Of a DNA stretch of 64,000 nt, positions 27,165 through 41,500 are shown piece by piece (the first letter of the stretch is position 1; each line of letters opens with the position of its first letter). The DNA is from Eledone cirrhosa (lineage: Eukaryota), in the NCBI GenBank assembly GCA_964016885.1, contig OZ024742.1, positions 338,892,001-338,956,000 on the forward strand, in the 5' to 3' direction. The notes beneath the pieces are model-generated. The model did no database searches. It saw only the letters and a list, made by a program, of their open reading frames with translations, and was not told the origin of the DNA. Made by a program: the position numbers and the translations under genes.

Positions 27165-27480
27165 TGTATAAATATCTATCAAATTATAATATATGATCCA
27201 AGTTTATCTTTTAGAAACATTTTCAAAATTTCTTAAGGCGCCATATTTTCTCCATTGGCTGTAGTATCTCTGGCTTTATTATATTATATCCAAGTATAAG
27301 TTTATCTTGTAGAAACATTTTCGAAATTTCTTTAGGCGCCATGCTTTCTTCACTCAATTGACTGTATGTAAAAATATCTATGGATTTTATTATATTATAT
27401 CCAAGATTATCTTGTAGAAACAGTTTCAAACTTTTTCTTAACGCGCCATCTTTTTCTTCACTCAATTGCTTTTCCAATTT
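27165..27480. repeat. Three diverged ~105-115-bp tandem units
   Basis: ATCCAAG..TTATCTT.TAGAAACA.TTTC..GCGCCAT..TTTCT repeated three times. Confidence 0.75.
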
Positions 27481-27679
27481 GTTCACAATCAAAAGTGATC
27501 AATAACGGATGATTAAACTTTAAACTTTCCAGCTTTAATGGCAGACTTCTTATCTTCCCAAAGCAGCAACACCAACCAGAGCAAACTTAACTGAAGCGAA
27601 ATAACTACTCAACCGGGAATAGAAACTAATTCTCAACATCAATAATCGAAAGCTTACTTTCTACACTGTTGCACTCACC

Positions 27680-27900
<221 letters not shown>

Positions 27901-27906
27901 CTAGCA

Positions 27907-28724
27907 CCCTTGGAGAGTCGCTGGACATGGAAGAGGACGAACTGGCCAGCCTGTTCGGTAGGACTTTCGGCCCGGGACCAATGGACAACTTCCAGAAGTC
28001 ACTAGCCTGGCAGTGCTACTGGGGGCTCTACCCGTTCGAGAGAGGCTCTACAGACACGGGCGCCCGAGCAGGGATCCCTCGAAAAAGATTTGCCCTAGAT
28101 GCGTGCGTCACGAAGAAACCGTTGCGCACGCATTGGTGCAATGTCCGGGCGTGGCTGATCTGTGGGGCTACGCTGAACGACTGCTGTCGCGGGTGGCGCC
28201 GATTCAATTGACCGCCGAGTCCGTGATGACAATCAAGCCGCCTCCCCTCTTCACAAAGGAAGCAAAGGCGGTTTTTCTGTGCGTAATAGCCATGTTGAAA
28301 GAGGTTGTTTGGTGGACACGATTGAAAGGTCTGAGGTCAGGCAACTTCCTCTCTGGCCATAGTCTGGTCTACTTCTTCCGATATCACTTCGGAAGAAGGA
28401 TAAGAATGGAGAGAGAGGTGCTTGGCCACAGGCAGTTTTATGAAAGGTGGGTGATAGTGGCGAGAATGGCTCGTGTAAATGGGCCTTCTCTGTATACCAT
28501 CCTGTAGGTAAAGAAGTGAAGGAGAGGGGAGCACCTTCTCCATGTGCTCCCCGGGCAAAGGATTGCACACTTTTTCGGGGGTGTGTGCAACCCCCATCAC
28601 GCCCCCTCCCTTTTGAGGTTGTTTTCGATTATTTTCATTTTATACCCTTTTTACTCGATTTGATGTAAACTCCCCCTTTGTATTTGTCCCTTCTTTTTAT
28701 GCCTTTATGGTAAATAAAGAAATA
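27907..28724 (+). mobile_element. 5'-truncated L1/Tx1-like LINE 3' end with 21-bp TSD
   Basis: AWQCYWG/ALPVRERL..CPRC...EETVAHALVQC....LW..WWTR (zf-RVT-like; frameshift near 28022), 3' UTR ending AATAAAGAAAT; TSD TATCTATCTATGTGTCTAGCA at 27886-27906 and 28725-28745. Confidence 0.87.
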
Positions 28725-29553
28725 TATCTATCTATGTGTCTAGCAACCTATATATTAATCTATCTGTCTGTCTGTCTCCCCCTCTGTCTCATTCTCTGTC
28801 TCTCTGTCTGTCTCTCTGTCTGTCTTCCCCCTCTCACTCTCTCTCTCTCTCTCTGCCTATCTAACTACATATTTGTCTATCTATCTATTTGGTATTTTAA
28901 CGAAGTGCTGGGTTTCGGATTCATAAGCGAAGAAAGTGGGTTCCATGATATACACGTGTTACTTGTTAAGATAGGGCTTAGTCAAGCGAGAAAGGGCGGA
29001 GGTCATGATTCAGAGGCTGCGATGGAGGAACTGATGGCAAATAACAGAAGAAACCACGCGAGACAGATATGAAATGTCACGCACTAAAATATTGAATTAT
29101 TCTCAAATTCATGACTGGAATACTTGCAACTAACGAGACTCCGTCCTCTAAGAGATAAATGCTGTTGCTGGTATTAAACAGAGTGAAAGATAAAATCTAC
29201 CACACTAGATTAGATATAGTTTAATTGGGCGGCCTTCTGCATAGTTTACATCAACCCAATTTCGAGTCCTTTGTAAGGCTTGGATCGACTTAAAACTATA
29301 TCAGAAGACATACCCAAAGATGTCACATTTTGGGAGGGAAATCAAAGCAATGGGTGATTTCGAAGTGATTTTATTAGCCATCTACACAATTTAATTTGCA
29401 AGACATAAATCTACCAGAAGCTATAAATGTTACTCAGTATGATCGAATTCGAATCTCCGTGATTGATTCCAAAGCGTTTTTGTTAATCACAGCGATATCT
29501 GTGATAAAAACGAAATGAAATTGACTATTCACAACTATTACATCTGGCAGGAT

Positions 29554-32500
29554 CTTTTTATGGTGTCCTAATGATAAGGTCTCTAGTAGTATCATGTTTT
29601 ATGGGGTGCTAATGATAAGGTCTCTAGTAGTATCATGTTTTATAGCGTCCTAATGATAACGTCCCTAGTAGTATCATGTTTTAAAGGGTGTCCTAATGAT
29701 AAGGTCTCTAGTAGTCCCATCTTTTATGGTGTCCTAATGATAAGGTCTAGTAGTCCCATGTTTTATGGTGTCCTAATGATAAGGTCTCTAATAGTCCCAT
29801 GTTTTATGGTGTCCTAATGATAAGGTCTCTAGTAGTCCCATGTTTTATGGTGTCCTAATGATAAGGTCTCTAGTAGTCCCATGTTTTATGGTGTCCTAAT
29901 GATAAGGTCCATAGTAGTATCATGTTGTATGGTGTCCTAATGATAAGGTCTCTAGTAGTCCCATGTTTTATGGTGTCCTAAAGATAAGGTCTCTAGTAGT
30001 ATCATGTTTTAGGTGTCCTAATGATAAGGTTTCTAGTAGTCCCATGTTTTATGGTGTCCTAATGATAAGGTTTCTAGTAGTCCCATGTTTTATGGTGTTC
30101 TAAGGATAAGGTTTCTAGTAGTCCCATGTTTTATGGTATTCTAATGATAAGGTATATAGTAGGCCCATGTTTTATGGTGTCCTAATGATAAGGTCTCTAG
30201 TAGTCCCATGTTTTATGGTGTCCTAATGATAAGGTTTCTAGTAGTCCCATGTTTTATGCTGTCCTAATGATAGGGTCTTTAGTAGTCCCATGATTTATGG
30301 TGTTCTAATGATAAGGTCCCTAGTAATATCATGTTTTATATGGTGTCAAAAATGATAAGGTCTGTAGTAGTCCCATGTTTTATGGCGTCCTAATGATAAG
30401 GTCCCTAGTAGTATCATGTTTTATATGGTGTCCCAATGATAAGGTCTCTAATAGTCCCATGTTTTATGGCGTCCTAATGATAAGGTCCCTAGTAGAATCA
30501 TGTTTTATATGGTGTCCTAATGATAAGGTCTCCAGTAGTCCCATGTTTTATGGTGTCCTAATGATAAGGACACTAGTAGTATCAGGTTTTATAGGGTGTT
30601 CTAATGATAAGGTCTCCAGTAGTCCCATGTTTTATGGTGTCCTAATGATAAGGTCTCTAGTAGTCCCATGTTTTATGGTGTCCTAATGATAAGGTTTCTA
30701 GTAGTCCCATGTTTTATGCTGTCCTAATGATAGGGTCTCTAGTAGTCCCATGTTTTATGGTGTTCTAATGATAAAGTCCCTAGTAGTATCATGTTTTATA
30801 TGGTGTTCTAATGATAAGGTCTGTAGTAGTCCCATGTTTTATATGGTGTCCTAATGATAAGGTTTCTAGTAGTCCTATGATTTATGGTGTTCTAATGATA
30901 AGGTCCCTAGTAGTATCATGTTTTATATGGTGTTCTAATGATAAAGTCTGTAGTAGTCCCATGTTTTATATGGTGTCCTAATGATAAGGTTTCTAGTAGT
31001 CCCATGTTTTATGGTGTTCTAATGATAAGGTCCCTAGTAGTATCATGTTTTATATGGTGTTCTAATGAAAAGGTCTGTAGTAGTCCCATGTTTTATATGG
31101 TGTCCTAACGATAAGGTTTCTAGTAGTCCCATGTTTTATGGTATCCTAATGATAAGGTTTCTAGTAGTCACATGTTTTATGCTGTCCTAATGATAAGGTC
31201 TCTAGTAGTCCCATGTTTTATGGTGTTATAATGGTAAGGTCTGTAGTAGTCCCATGTTTTATGGTGGCCTAATGATAAGGTTTCTAGTAGTCCCATGTTT
31301 TATGCTGTCCTAATGATAGGGTCTCTAGTAGTCCCATGTTTTATGGTGTTCTAATGATAAGGTCCCTAGTAGTATTATGTTTTACAGGGTGTTCTAATGA
31401 TAAGGTCTGTAGTAGTCCCATGTTTTGTGGTATCCTAATGATAAGATTTCTAGTAGTCCCATGTTTTATGGTGTCCTAATGATAAGGTTTCTAGTAGTCC
31501 CATGTTTTATGGTGTCCTTATGATAAGGTTTCTAGTAGTCCCATGTTTTATGCTGTCCTAATGATAGTGTCTCTAGTAGTCCCATGTTTTATGGTGTTCT
31601 AATGGTAAGGTCTGTAGTAGTCCCATGTTTTAAGGTGTCCTAATGATAAGGTTTCTAGTAGTCCCATGTTTTATGGTGTCCTAATGATAAGGTCTCTAGT
31701 AGTCCCATGTTTTATGGTGTCCTAATGATAAGGTTTCTAGTAGTCCCATGTTTTATATGGTGTCCTAATGATAAGGTCTGTAGTAGTCCCACGTTTTATG
31801 GTGTCCTAATGATAAGGTTTCTAGTAGTCCCATGTTTTATGCTGTCCTAATGATAGGGTCTCTAGTAGTCCCATGTTTTATGGTGTTATAATGGTAAGGT
31901 CTGTAGTAGTCCCATGTTTTATGGTGTCCTAATGATAAGGTTTCTAGTAGTCCCATGTTTTATGGTGTCCTAATGATAAGGTTTCTAGTAGTCCCATGTT
32001 TTATGGTGTCCTAATGATAAGGTCTCTATTAGTCCCATGTTTTATGGTGTCCTAATGATAAGGTTTCTAGTAGTCCCATGTTTTATATGGTGTCCTAATG
32101 ATAAGGTTTCTAGTAGTCCCATGTTTTATGGTGTCCTAATGATAAGGTTTCTAGTAGTCCCATGTTTTATGCTGTCCTAATGATAAGGTCTCTAGTAGTC
32201 CCATGTTTCATGGTGTTATAATGGTAAGGTCTGTAGTAGTCCCATGTTTTATGGTGTCCTAATGATAAGGTTTCTAGTAGTCCCATGTTTTATGGTGTCC
32301 TAATGATAAGGTTTCTAGTAGTCCCATGTTTTATGCTGTCCTAATGATAGGGTCTCTAGTAGTCCCATGTTTTATGGTGTTCTAATGATAAGGTCCCTAG
32401 TAGTATCATGTTTTATATGGTGTTCTAATGATAAGGTCTGTAGTAGTCCCATGTTTTATATGGTGTCCTAATGATAAGGTTTCTAGTAGTCCCATGTTGT

Positions 32501-35500
32501 ATGGTGTTCTAATGATAAGGTCCCTAGTAGTATCATGTTTTATATGGTGTTCTAATGATAAGGTCTGTAGTAGTCCCATGTTTTATATGGTGTCCTAATG
32601 ATAAGGTTTCTAATAGTCCCATGTTTTATGGTGTTCTAATGATAAGGTCCCTAGTAGTATCATGTTTTATATGGTGTTCTAATGATAAGGTCTGTAGTAG
32701 TCCCATGTTTTATATGGTGTCCTAATGATAAGGTTTCTAGTAGTCCCATGTTTTATGGTGTTCTAATGATAAGGTCCCTAGTAGTATCATGTTTTATATG
32801 GTGTTCTAATGATAAGGTCTGTAGTAGTCCCATGTTTTATGGTGTCCTAACGATAAGGTTTCTAGTAGTCCTATGTTTTATGGTATCCTAATGATAAGGT
32901 TTCTAGTAGTCACATGTTTTATGCTGTCCTAATGATAAGGTCTCTAGTAGTCCCATGTTTTATGGTGTTATAATGGTAAGGTCTGTAGTAGTCCCATGTT
33001 TTATGGTGGCCTAATGATAAGGTTTCTAGTAGTCCCATGTTTTATGCTGTCCTAATGATAGGGTCTCTAGTAGTCCCATGTTTTATGGTGTTCTAATGAT
33101 AAGGTCCCTAGTAGTATTATGTTTTACAGGGTGTTCTAATGATAAGGTCTGTAGTAGTCCCATGTTTTGTGGTATCCTAATGATAAGATTTCTAGTAGTC
33201 CCATGTTTTATGGTGTCCTAATGATAAGGTTTCTAGTAGTCCCATGTTTTATGGTGTCCTTATGATAAGGTTTCTAGTAGTCCCATGTTTTATGCTGTCC
33301 TAATGATAGTGTCTCTAGTAGTCCCATGTTTTATGGTGTTCTAATGGTAAGGTCTGTAGTAGTCCCATGTTTTAAGGTGTCCTAATGATAAGGTTTCTAG
33401 TAGTCCCATGTTTTATGGTGTCCTAATGATAAGGTCTCTAGTAGTCCCATGTTTTATGGTGTCCTAATGATAAGGTTTCTAGTAGTCCCATGTTTTATAT
33501 GGTGTCCTAATGATAAGGTCTGTAGTAGTCCCATGTTTTATGGTGTCCTAATGATAAGGTTTCTAGTAGTCCCATGTTTTATGCTGTCCTAATGATAGGG
33601 TCTCTAGTAGTCCCATGTTTTATGGTGTTATAATGGTAAGGTCTGTAGTAGTCCCATGTTTTATGGTGTCCTAATGATAAGGTTTCTAGTAGTCCCATGT
33701 TTTATGGTGTCCTAATGATAAGGTTTCTAGTAGTCCCATGTTTTATGGTGTCCTAATGATAAGGTCTCTATTAGTCCCATGTTTTATGGTGTCCTAATGA
33801 TAAGGTTTCTAGTAGTCCCATGTTTTATATGGTGTCCTAATGATAAGGTTTCTAGTAGTCCCATGTTTTATGGTGTCCTAATGATAAGGTTTCTAGTAGT
33901 CCCATGTTTTATGCTGTCCTAATGATAAGGTCTCTAGTAGTCCCATGTTTCATGGTGTTATAATGGTAAGGTCTGTAGTAGTCCCATGTTTTATGGTGTC
34001 CTAATGATAAGGTTTCTAGTAGTCCCATGTTTTATGGTGTCCTAATGATAAGGTTTCTAGTAGTCCCATGTTTTATGCTGTCCTAATGATAGGGTCTCTA
34101 GTAGTCCCATGTTTTATGGTGTTCTAATGATAAGGTCCCTAGTAGTATCATGTTTTATATGGTGTTCTAATGATAAGGTCTGTAGTAGTCCCATGTTTTA
34201 TATGGTGTCCTAATGATAAGGTTTCTAGTAGTCCCATGTTTTATGGTGTTCTAATGATAAGGTCCCTAGTAGTATCATGTTTTATATGGTGTTCTAATGA
34301 TAAGGTCTGTAGTAGTCCCATGTTTTATATGGTGTCCTAATGATAAGGTTTCTAATAGTCCCATGTTTTATGGTGTTCTAATGATAAGGTCCCTAGTAGT
34401 ATCATGTTTTATATGGTGTTCTAATGATAAGGTCTGTAGTAGTCCCATGTTTTATATGGTGTCCTAATGATAAGGTTTCTAGTAGTCCCATGTTTTATGG
34501 TGTTCTAATGATAAGGTCCCTAGTAGTATCATGTTTTATATGGTGTTCTAATGATAAGGTCTGTAGTAGTCCCATGTTTTATGGTGTCCTAACGATAAGG
34601 TTTCTAGTAGTCCCATGTTTTATGGTATCCTAATGATAAGGTTTCTAGTAGTCCCATGTTTTATGCTGTCCTAATGATAAGGTCTCTAGTAGTCCCATGT
34701 TTTATGGTGTTATAATGGTAAGGTCTGTAGTAGTCCCATGTTTTATGGTGTCCTAATGATAAGGTTTCTAGTAGTCCCATGTTTTATGGTGTCCTAATGA
34801 TAAGGTCCCTAGTAGTATCATGTTTTATATGGTGTCCTAATGATAAGGTCTGTAGTAGTCCCATGTTTTATGGTGTCCTAACGATAAGGTTTCTAGTAGT
34901 CCCATGTTTTATGGTATCCTAATGATAAGGATTCTAGTAGTCCCATGTTTTATGCTGTCCTAATGATAAGGTCTCTAGTAGTCCCATGTTTTATGGTGTT
35001 ATAATGGTAAGGTCTGTAGTAGTCCCATGTTTTATGGTGTCCTAATGATAAGGTTTCTAGTAGTCCCATGTTTTATGGTGTCCTAATGATAAGGTTTCTA
35101 GTAGTCCCTTGTTTTATGGTGTCCTAATGATAAGGTTTCTAGTAGTCCCATGTTTTATGGTGTCCTAATGATAAGGTCCCTAGTAGTATCATGTTTTATA
35201 TGGTGTCCTAATGATAAGGTCTGTAGTAGTCCCATGTTTTATAGTGTCCTAATGATAAGGTCTCTAGTAGTCCCATGTTTTATGGTATCCTAATGATGAG
35301 GTCTGTAGTAGTCCCATGTTTACTGGTGTCCTAATGATAGGGTCTCTAGTAGTATCAAGTTTTATGGTGTCCTAATGATAAGGTTTCTAGTAGTCCCATG
35401 TTTTATGCTGTCCTAATGATAAGGTCTCTAGTAGTCCCATGTTTTATGGTGTTATAATGGTAAGGTCTGTAGTAGTCCCATGTTTTATGCTGTCCTAATG

Positions 35501-38500
35501 ATAAGGTTTCTAGTAGTCCCATGTTTTATGGTGTCCTAATGATAAGGTTTCTAGTAGTCCCATGTTTTATGCTGTCCTAATGATAGGGTCTCTAGTAGTC
35601 CCATGTTTTATGGTGTTCTAATGATAAGGTCCCTAGTAGTATCATGTTTTATATGGTGTTCTAATGATAAGGTCTGTAGTAGTCCCATGTTTTATATGGT
35701 GTCCTAATGATAAGGTTTCTAGTAGTCCCATGTTTTATGGTATCCTAATGATAAGGTTTCTAGTAGTCACATGTTTTATGCTGTCCTAATGATAAGGTCT
35801 CTAGTAGTCCCATGTTTTATGGTGTTATAATGGTAAGGTCTGTAGTAGTCCCATGTTTTATGGTGTCCTAACGATAAGGTTTCTAGTAGTCCCATGTTTT
35901 ATGGTATCCTAATGATAAGGATTCTAGTAGTCCCATGTTTTATGCTGTCCTAATGATAAGGTCTCTAGTAGTCCCATGTTTTATGGTGTTATAATGGTAA
36001 GGTCTGTAGTAGTCCCATGTTTTATGGTGTCCTAATGATAAGGTTTCTAGTAGTCCCATGTTTTATGGTGTCCTAATGATAAGGTTTCTAGTAGTCCCTT
36101 GTTTTATGGTGTCCTAATGATAAGGTTTCTAGTAGTCCCATGTTTTATGGTGTCCTAATGATAAGGTTTCTAGTAGTCCCATGTTTTATGGTGTTCTAAG
36201 GATAAGGTTTCTAGTAGTCCCATGTTTTATGGTATTCTAATGATAAGGTATATAGTAGGCCCATGTTTTATGGTGTCCTAATGATAAGGTCTCTAGTAGT
36301 CCCATGTTTTATGGTGTCCTAATGATAAGGTTTCTAGTAGTCCCATGTTTTATGCTGTCCTAATGATAGGGTCTTTAGTAGTCCCATGATTTATGGTGTT
36401 CTAATGATAAGGTCCCTAGTAATATCATGTTTTATATGGTGTCAAAAATGATAAGGTCTGTAGTAGTCCCATGTTTTATGGCGTCCTAATGATAAGGTCC
36501 CTAGTAGTATCATGTTTTATATGGTGTCCCAATGATAAGGTCTCTAATAGTCCCATGTTTTATGGCGTCCTAATGATAAGGTCCCTAGTAGAATCATGTT
36601 TTATATGGTGTCCTAATGATAAGGTCTCCAGTAGTCCCATGTTTTATGGTGTCCTAATGATAAGGACACTAGTAGTATCAGGTTTTATAGGGTGTTCTAA
36701 TGATAAGGTCTCCAGTAGTCCCATGTTTTATGGTGTCCTAATGATAAGGTCTCTAGTAGTCCCATGTTTTATGGTGTCCTAATGATAAGGTTTCTAGTAG
36801 TCCCATGTTTTATGCTGTCCTAATGATAGGGTCTCTAGTAGTCCCATGTTTTATGGTGTTCTAATGATAAAGTCCCTAGTAGTATCATGTTTTATATGGT
36901 GTTCTAATGATAAGGTCTGTAGTAGTCCCATGTTTTATATGGTGTCCTAATGATAAGGTTTCTAGTAGTCCTATGATTTATGGTGTTCTAATGATAAGGT
37001 CCCTAGTAGTATCATGTTTTATATGGTGTTCTAATGATAAAGTCTGTAGTAGTCCCATGTTTTATATGGTGTCCTAATGATAAGGTTTCTAGTAGTCCCA
37101 TGTTTTATGGTGTTCTAATGATAAGGTCCCTAGTAGTATCATGTTTTATATGGTGTTCTAATGAAAAGGTCTGTAGTAGTCCCATGTTTTATATGGTGTC
37201 CTAACGATAAGGTTTCTAGTAGTCCCATGTTTTATGGTATCCTAATGATAAGGTTTCTAGTAGTCACATGTTTTATGCTGTCCTAATGATAAGGTCTCTA
37301 GTAGTCCCATGTTTTATGGTGTTATAATGGTAAGGTCTGTAGTAGTCCCATGTTTTATGGTGGCCTAATGATAAGGTTTCTAGTAGTCCCATGTTTTATG
37401 CTGTCCTAATGATAGGGTCTCTAGTAGTCCCATGTTTTATGGTGTTCTAATGATAAGGTCCCTAGTAGTATTATGTTTTACAGGGTGTTCTAATGATAAG
37501 GTCTGTAGTAGTCCCATGTTTTGTGGTATCCTAATGATAAGATTTCTAGTAGTCCCATGTTTTATGGTGTCCTAATGATAAGGTTTCTAGTAGTCCCATG
37601 TTTTATGGTGTCCTTATGATAAGGTTTCTAGTAGTCCCATGTTTTATGCTGTCCTAATGATAGTGTCTCTAGTAGTCCCATGTTTTATGGTGTTCTAATG
37701 GTAAGGTCTGTAGTAGTCCCATGTTTTAAGGTGTCCTAATGATAAGGTTTCTAGTAGTCCCATGTTTTATGGTGTCCTAATGATAAGGTCTCTAGTAGTC
37801 CCATGTTTTATGGTGTCCTAATGATAAGGTTTCTAGTAGTCCCATGTTTTATATGGTGTCCTAATGATAAGGTCTGTAGTAGTCCCATGTTTAATGGTGT
37901 CCTAATGATAAGGTTTCTAGTAGTCCCATGTTTTATGCTGTCCTAATGATAGGGTCTCTAGTAGTCCCATGTTTTATGGTGTTATAATGGTAAGGTCTGT
38001 AGTAGTCCCATGTTTTATGGTGTCCTAATGATAAGGTTTCTAGTAGTCCCATGTTTTATGGTGTCCTAATGATAAGGTTTCTAGTAGTCCCATGTTTTAT
38101 GGTGTCCTAATGATAAGGTCTCTATTAGTCCCATGTTTTATGGTGTCCTAATGATAAGGTTTCTAGTAGTCCCATGTTTTATATGGTGTCCTAATGATAA
38201 GGTTTCTAGTAGTCCCATGTTTTATGGTGTCCTAATGATAAGGTTTCTAGTAGTCCCATGTTTTATGCTGTCCTAATGATAAGGTCTCTAGTAGTCCCAT
38301 GTTTCATGGTGTTATAATGGTAAGGTCTGTAGTAGTCCCATGTTTTATGGTGTCCTAATGATAAGGTTTCTAGTAGTCCCATGTTTTATGGTGTCCTAAT
38401 GATAAGGTTTCTAGTAGTCCCATGTTTTATGCTGTCCTAATGATAGGGTCTCTAGTAGTCCCATGTTTTATGGTGTTCTAATGATAAGGTCCCTAGTAGT

Positions 38501-41500
38501 ATCATGTTTTATATGGTGTTCTAATGATAAGGTCTGTAGTAGTCCCATGTTTTATATGGTGTCCTAATGATAAGGTTTCTAGTAGTCCCATGTTTTATGG
38601 TGTTCTAATGATAAGGTCCCTAGTAGTATCATGTTTTATATGGTGTTCTAATGATAAGGTCTGTAGTAGTCCCATGTTTTATATGGTGTCCTAATGATAA
38701 GGTTTCTAATAGTCCCATGTTTTATGGTGTTCTAATGATAAGGTCCCTAGTAGTATCATGTTTTATATGGTGTTCTAATGATAAGGTCTGTAGTAGTCCC
38801 ATGTTTTATATGGTGTCCTAATGATAAGGTTTCTAGTAGTCCCATGTTTTATGGTGTTCTAATGATAAGGTCCCTAGTAGTATCATGTTTTATATGGTGT
38901 TCTAATGATAAGGTCTGTAGTAGTCCCATGTTTTATGGTGTCCTAACGATAAGGTTTCTAGTAGTCCCATGTTTTATGGTATCCTAATGATAAGGTTTCT
39001 AGTAGTCCCATGTTTTATGCTGTCCTAATGATAAGGTCTCTAGTAGTCCCATGTTTTATGGTGTTATAATGGTAAGGTCTGTAGTAGTCCCATGTTTTAT
39101 GGTGTCCTAATGATAAGGTTTCTAGTAGTCCCATGTTTTATGGTGTCCTAATGATAAGGTCCCTAGTAGTATCATGTTTTATATGGTGTCCTAATGATAA
39201 GGTCTGTAGTAGTCCCATGTTTTATGGTGTCCTAACGATAAGGTTTCTAGTAGTCCCATGTTTTATGGTATCCTAATGATAAGGATTCTAGTAGTCCCAT
39301 GTTTTATGCTGTCCTAATGATAAGGTCTCTAGTAGTCCCATGTTTTATGGTGTTATAATGGTAAGGTCTGTAGTAGTCCCATGTTTTATGGTGTCCTAAT
39401 GATAAGGTTTCTAGTAGTCCCATGTTTTATGGTGTCCTAATGATAAGGTTTCTAGTAGTCCCTTGTTTTATGGTGTCCTAATGATAAGGTTTCTAGTAGT
39501 CCCATGTTTTATGGTGTCCTAATGATAAGGTCCCTAGTAGTATCATGTTTTATATGGTGTCCTAATGATAAGGTCTGTAGTAGTCCCATGTTTTATAGTG
39601 TCCTAATGATAAGGTCTCTAGTAGTCCCATGTTTTATGGTATCCTAATGATGAGGTCTGTAGTAGTCCCATGTTTACTGGTGTCCTAATGATAGGGTCTC
39701 TAGTAGTATCAAGTTTTATGGTGTCCTAATGATAAGGTTTCTAGTAGTCCCATGTTTTATGCTGTCCTAATGATAAGGTCTCTAGTAGTCCCATGTTTTA
39801 TGGTGTTATAATGGTAAGGTCTGTAGTAGTCCCATGTTTTATGCTGTCCTAATGATAAGGTTTCTAGTAGTCCCATGTTTTATGGTGTCCTAATGATAAG
39901 GTTTCTAGTAGTCCCATGTTTTATGCTGTCCTAATGATAGGGTCTCTAGTAGTCCCATGTTTTATGGTGTTCTAATGATAAGGTCCCTAGTAGTATCATG
40001 TTTTATATGGTGTTCTAATGATAAGGTCTGTAGTAGTCCCATGTTTTATATGGTGTCCTAATGATAAGGTTTCTAGTAGTCCCATGTTTTATGGTGTTCT
40101 AATGATAAGGTCCCTAGTAGTATCTTGTTTTATATGGTGTTCTAATGATAAGGTCTGTAGTAGTCCCATGTTTTATGGTGTCCTAACGACAAGGTTTCTA
40201 GTAGTCCCATGTTTTATGGTGTCCTAATGATAAGGTTTCTAGTAGTCCCATGTTTTATGCTGTCCTAATGATAAGGTCTCTAGTAGTCCCATCTTTTATG
40301 GTGTTATAATGGTAAGGTCTCTAGTAGTCCCATGTTTTATGATGTCCTAATGATAAGGTTTCTAGTAGTCCCATGTTTTATGGTGTCCTAATGATAAGGT
40401 TTCTAGTAGTCCCTTGTTTTATGGTGTCCTAATGATAAGGTTTCTAGTAGTCCCATGTTTTATGGTGTCCTAATGATAAGGTCCCTAGTAGTATCATGTT
40501 TTATATGGTGTCCTAATGATAAGGTCTGTAGTAGTCCCATGTTTATAGTGTCCTAATGATAAGGTCTCTAGTAGTCCCATGTTTTATGGTATCCTAATGA
40601 TGAGGTCTGTAGTAGTCCCATGTTTACTGGTGTCCTAATGATAGGGTCTCTAGTAGTATCAAGTTTTATGGTGTCCTAATGATAAGGTCTCTAGTGGTAT
40701 CATGTTTTATAGTGTTCTAATGATAACGTCTCTAGTAGTCCCATGTTTTATGGTGTCCTACTGATAAGGTCTCTAGTATTATCATGTTTTATGGTGTCCT
40801 AATGATAAGGTCTCTAATAGTCCCATGTTTTATGGCGTCCTAATGATAAGGTCCCTAGCAGTATCATGTTTTATATGGTGTCCTTAGTATAAGGTCTCCA
40901 GTAGTCCCATGTTTTATGGTGTCCTAATGATAAGGTCCCTAGTAGTATTATGTTTTATAGGGTGTTCTAATGATAAGGTCTGTAGTAGTCCCATGTTTTA
41001 TGGTATCCTAATGATAAGATTTCTAGTAGTCCCATGTTTTATGGTGTCCTAATGATGATGTTTCTAGTTGTCCCATTTTTTATGCTGTCCTAATGATAAG
41101 GTCTCTAGTAGTCCCATGTTTTATGGAGTTATAATGGTAAGGTCTGTAGTAGTGCCATGTTTTATGGTGTCCTAATGATAAGGTTTCTAGTAGTCCCATG
41201 TTTTATGGTGTCCTAATGATAAGGTTTCTAGTCGTCCCATGTTTTATGCTGTCCTAATGATAGGGTCTCTAGTAGTCCCATGTTTTATGGTGTTCTAATG
41301 ATAAGGTCCCTAGTAGTATCATGTTTTATATGGTGTTCTAATGATAAGGTCTGTAGTAGTCCCATGTTTTATATGGTGTCCTAATGATAAGGTTTCTAGT
41401 AGTCCAATGTTTTATGGTGTTCTAATGATAAGGTCCCTAGTAGTATCATGTTTTATATGGTGTTCTAATGATAAGGTCTGTAGTAGTCCCATGTTTTATA

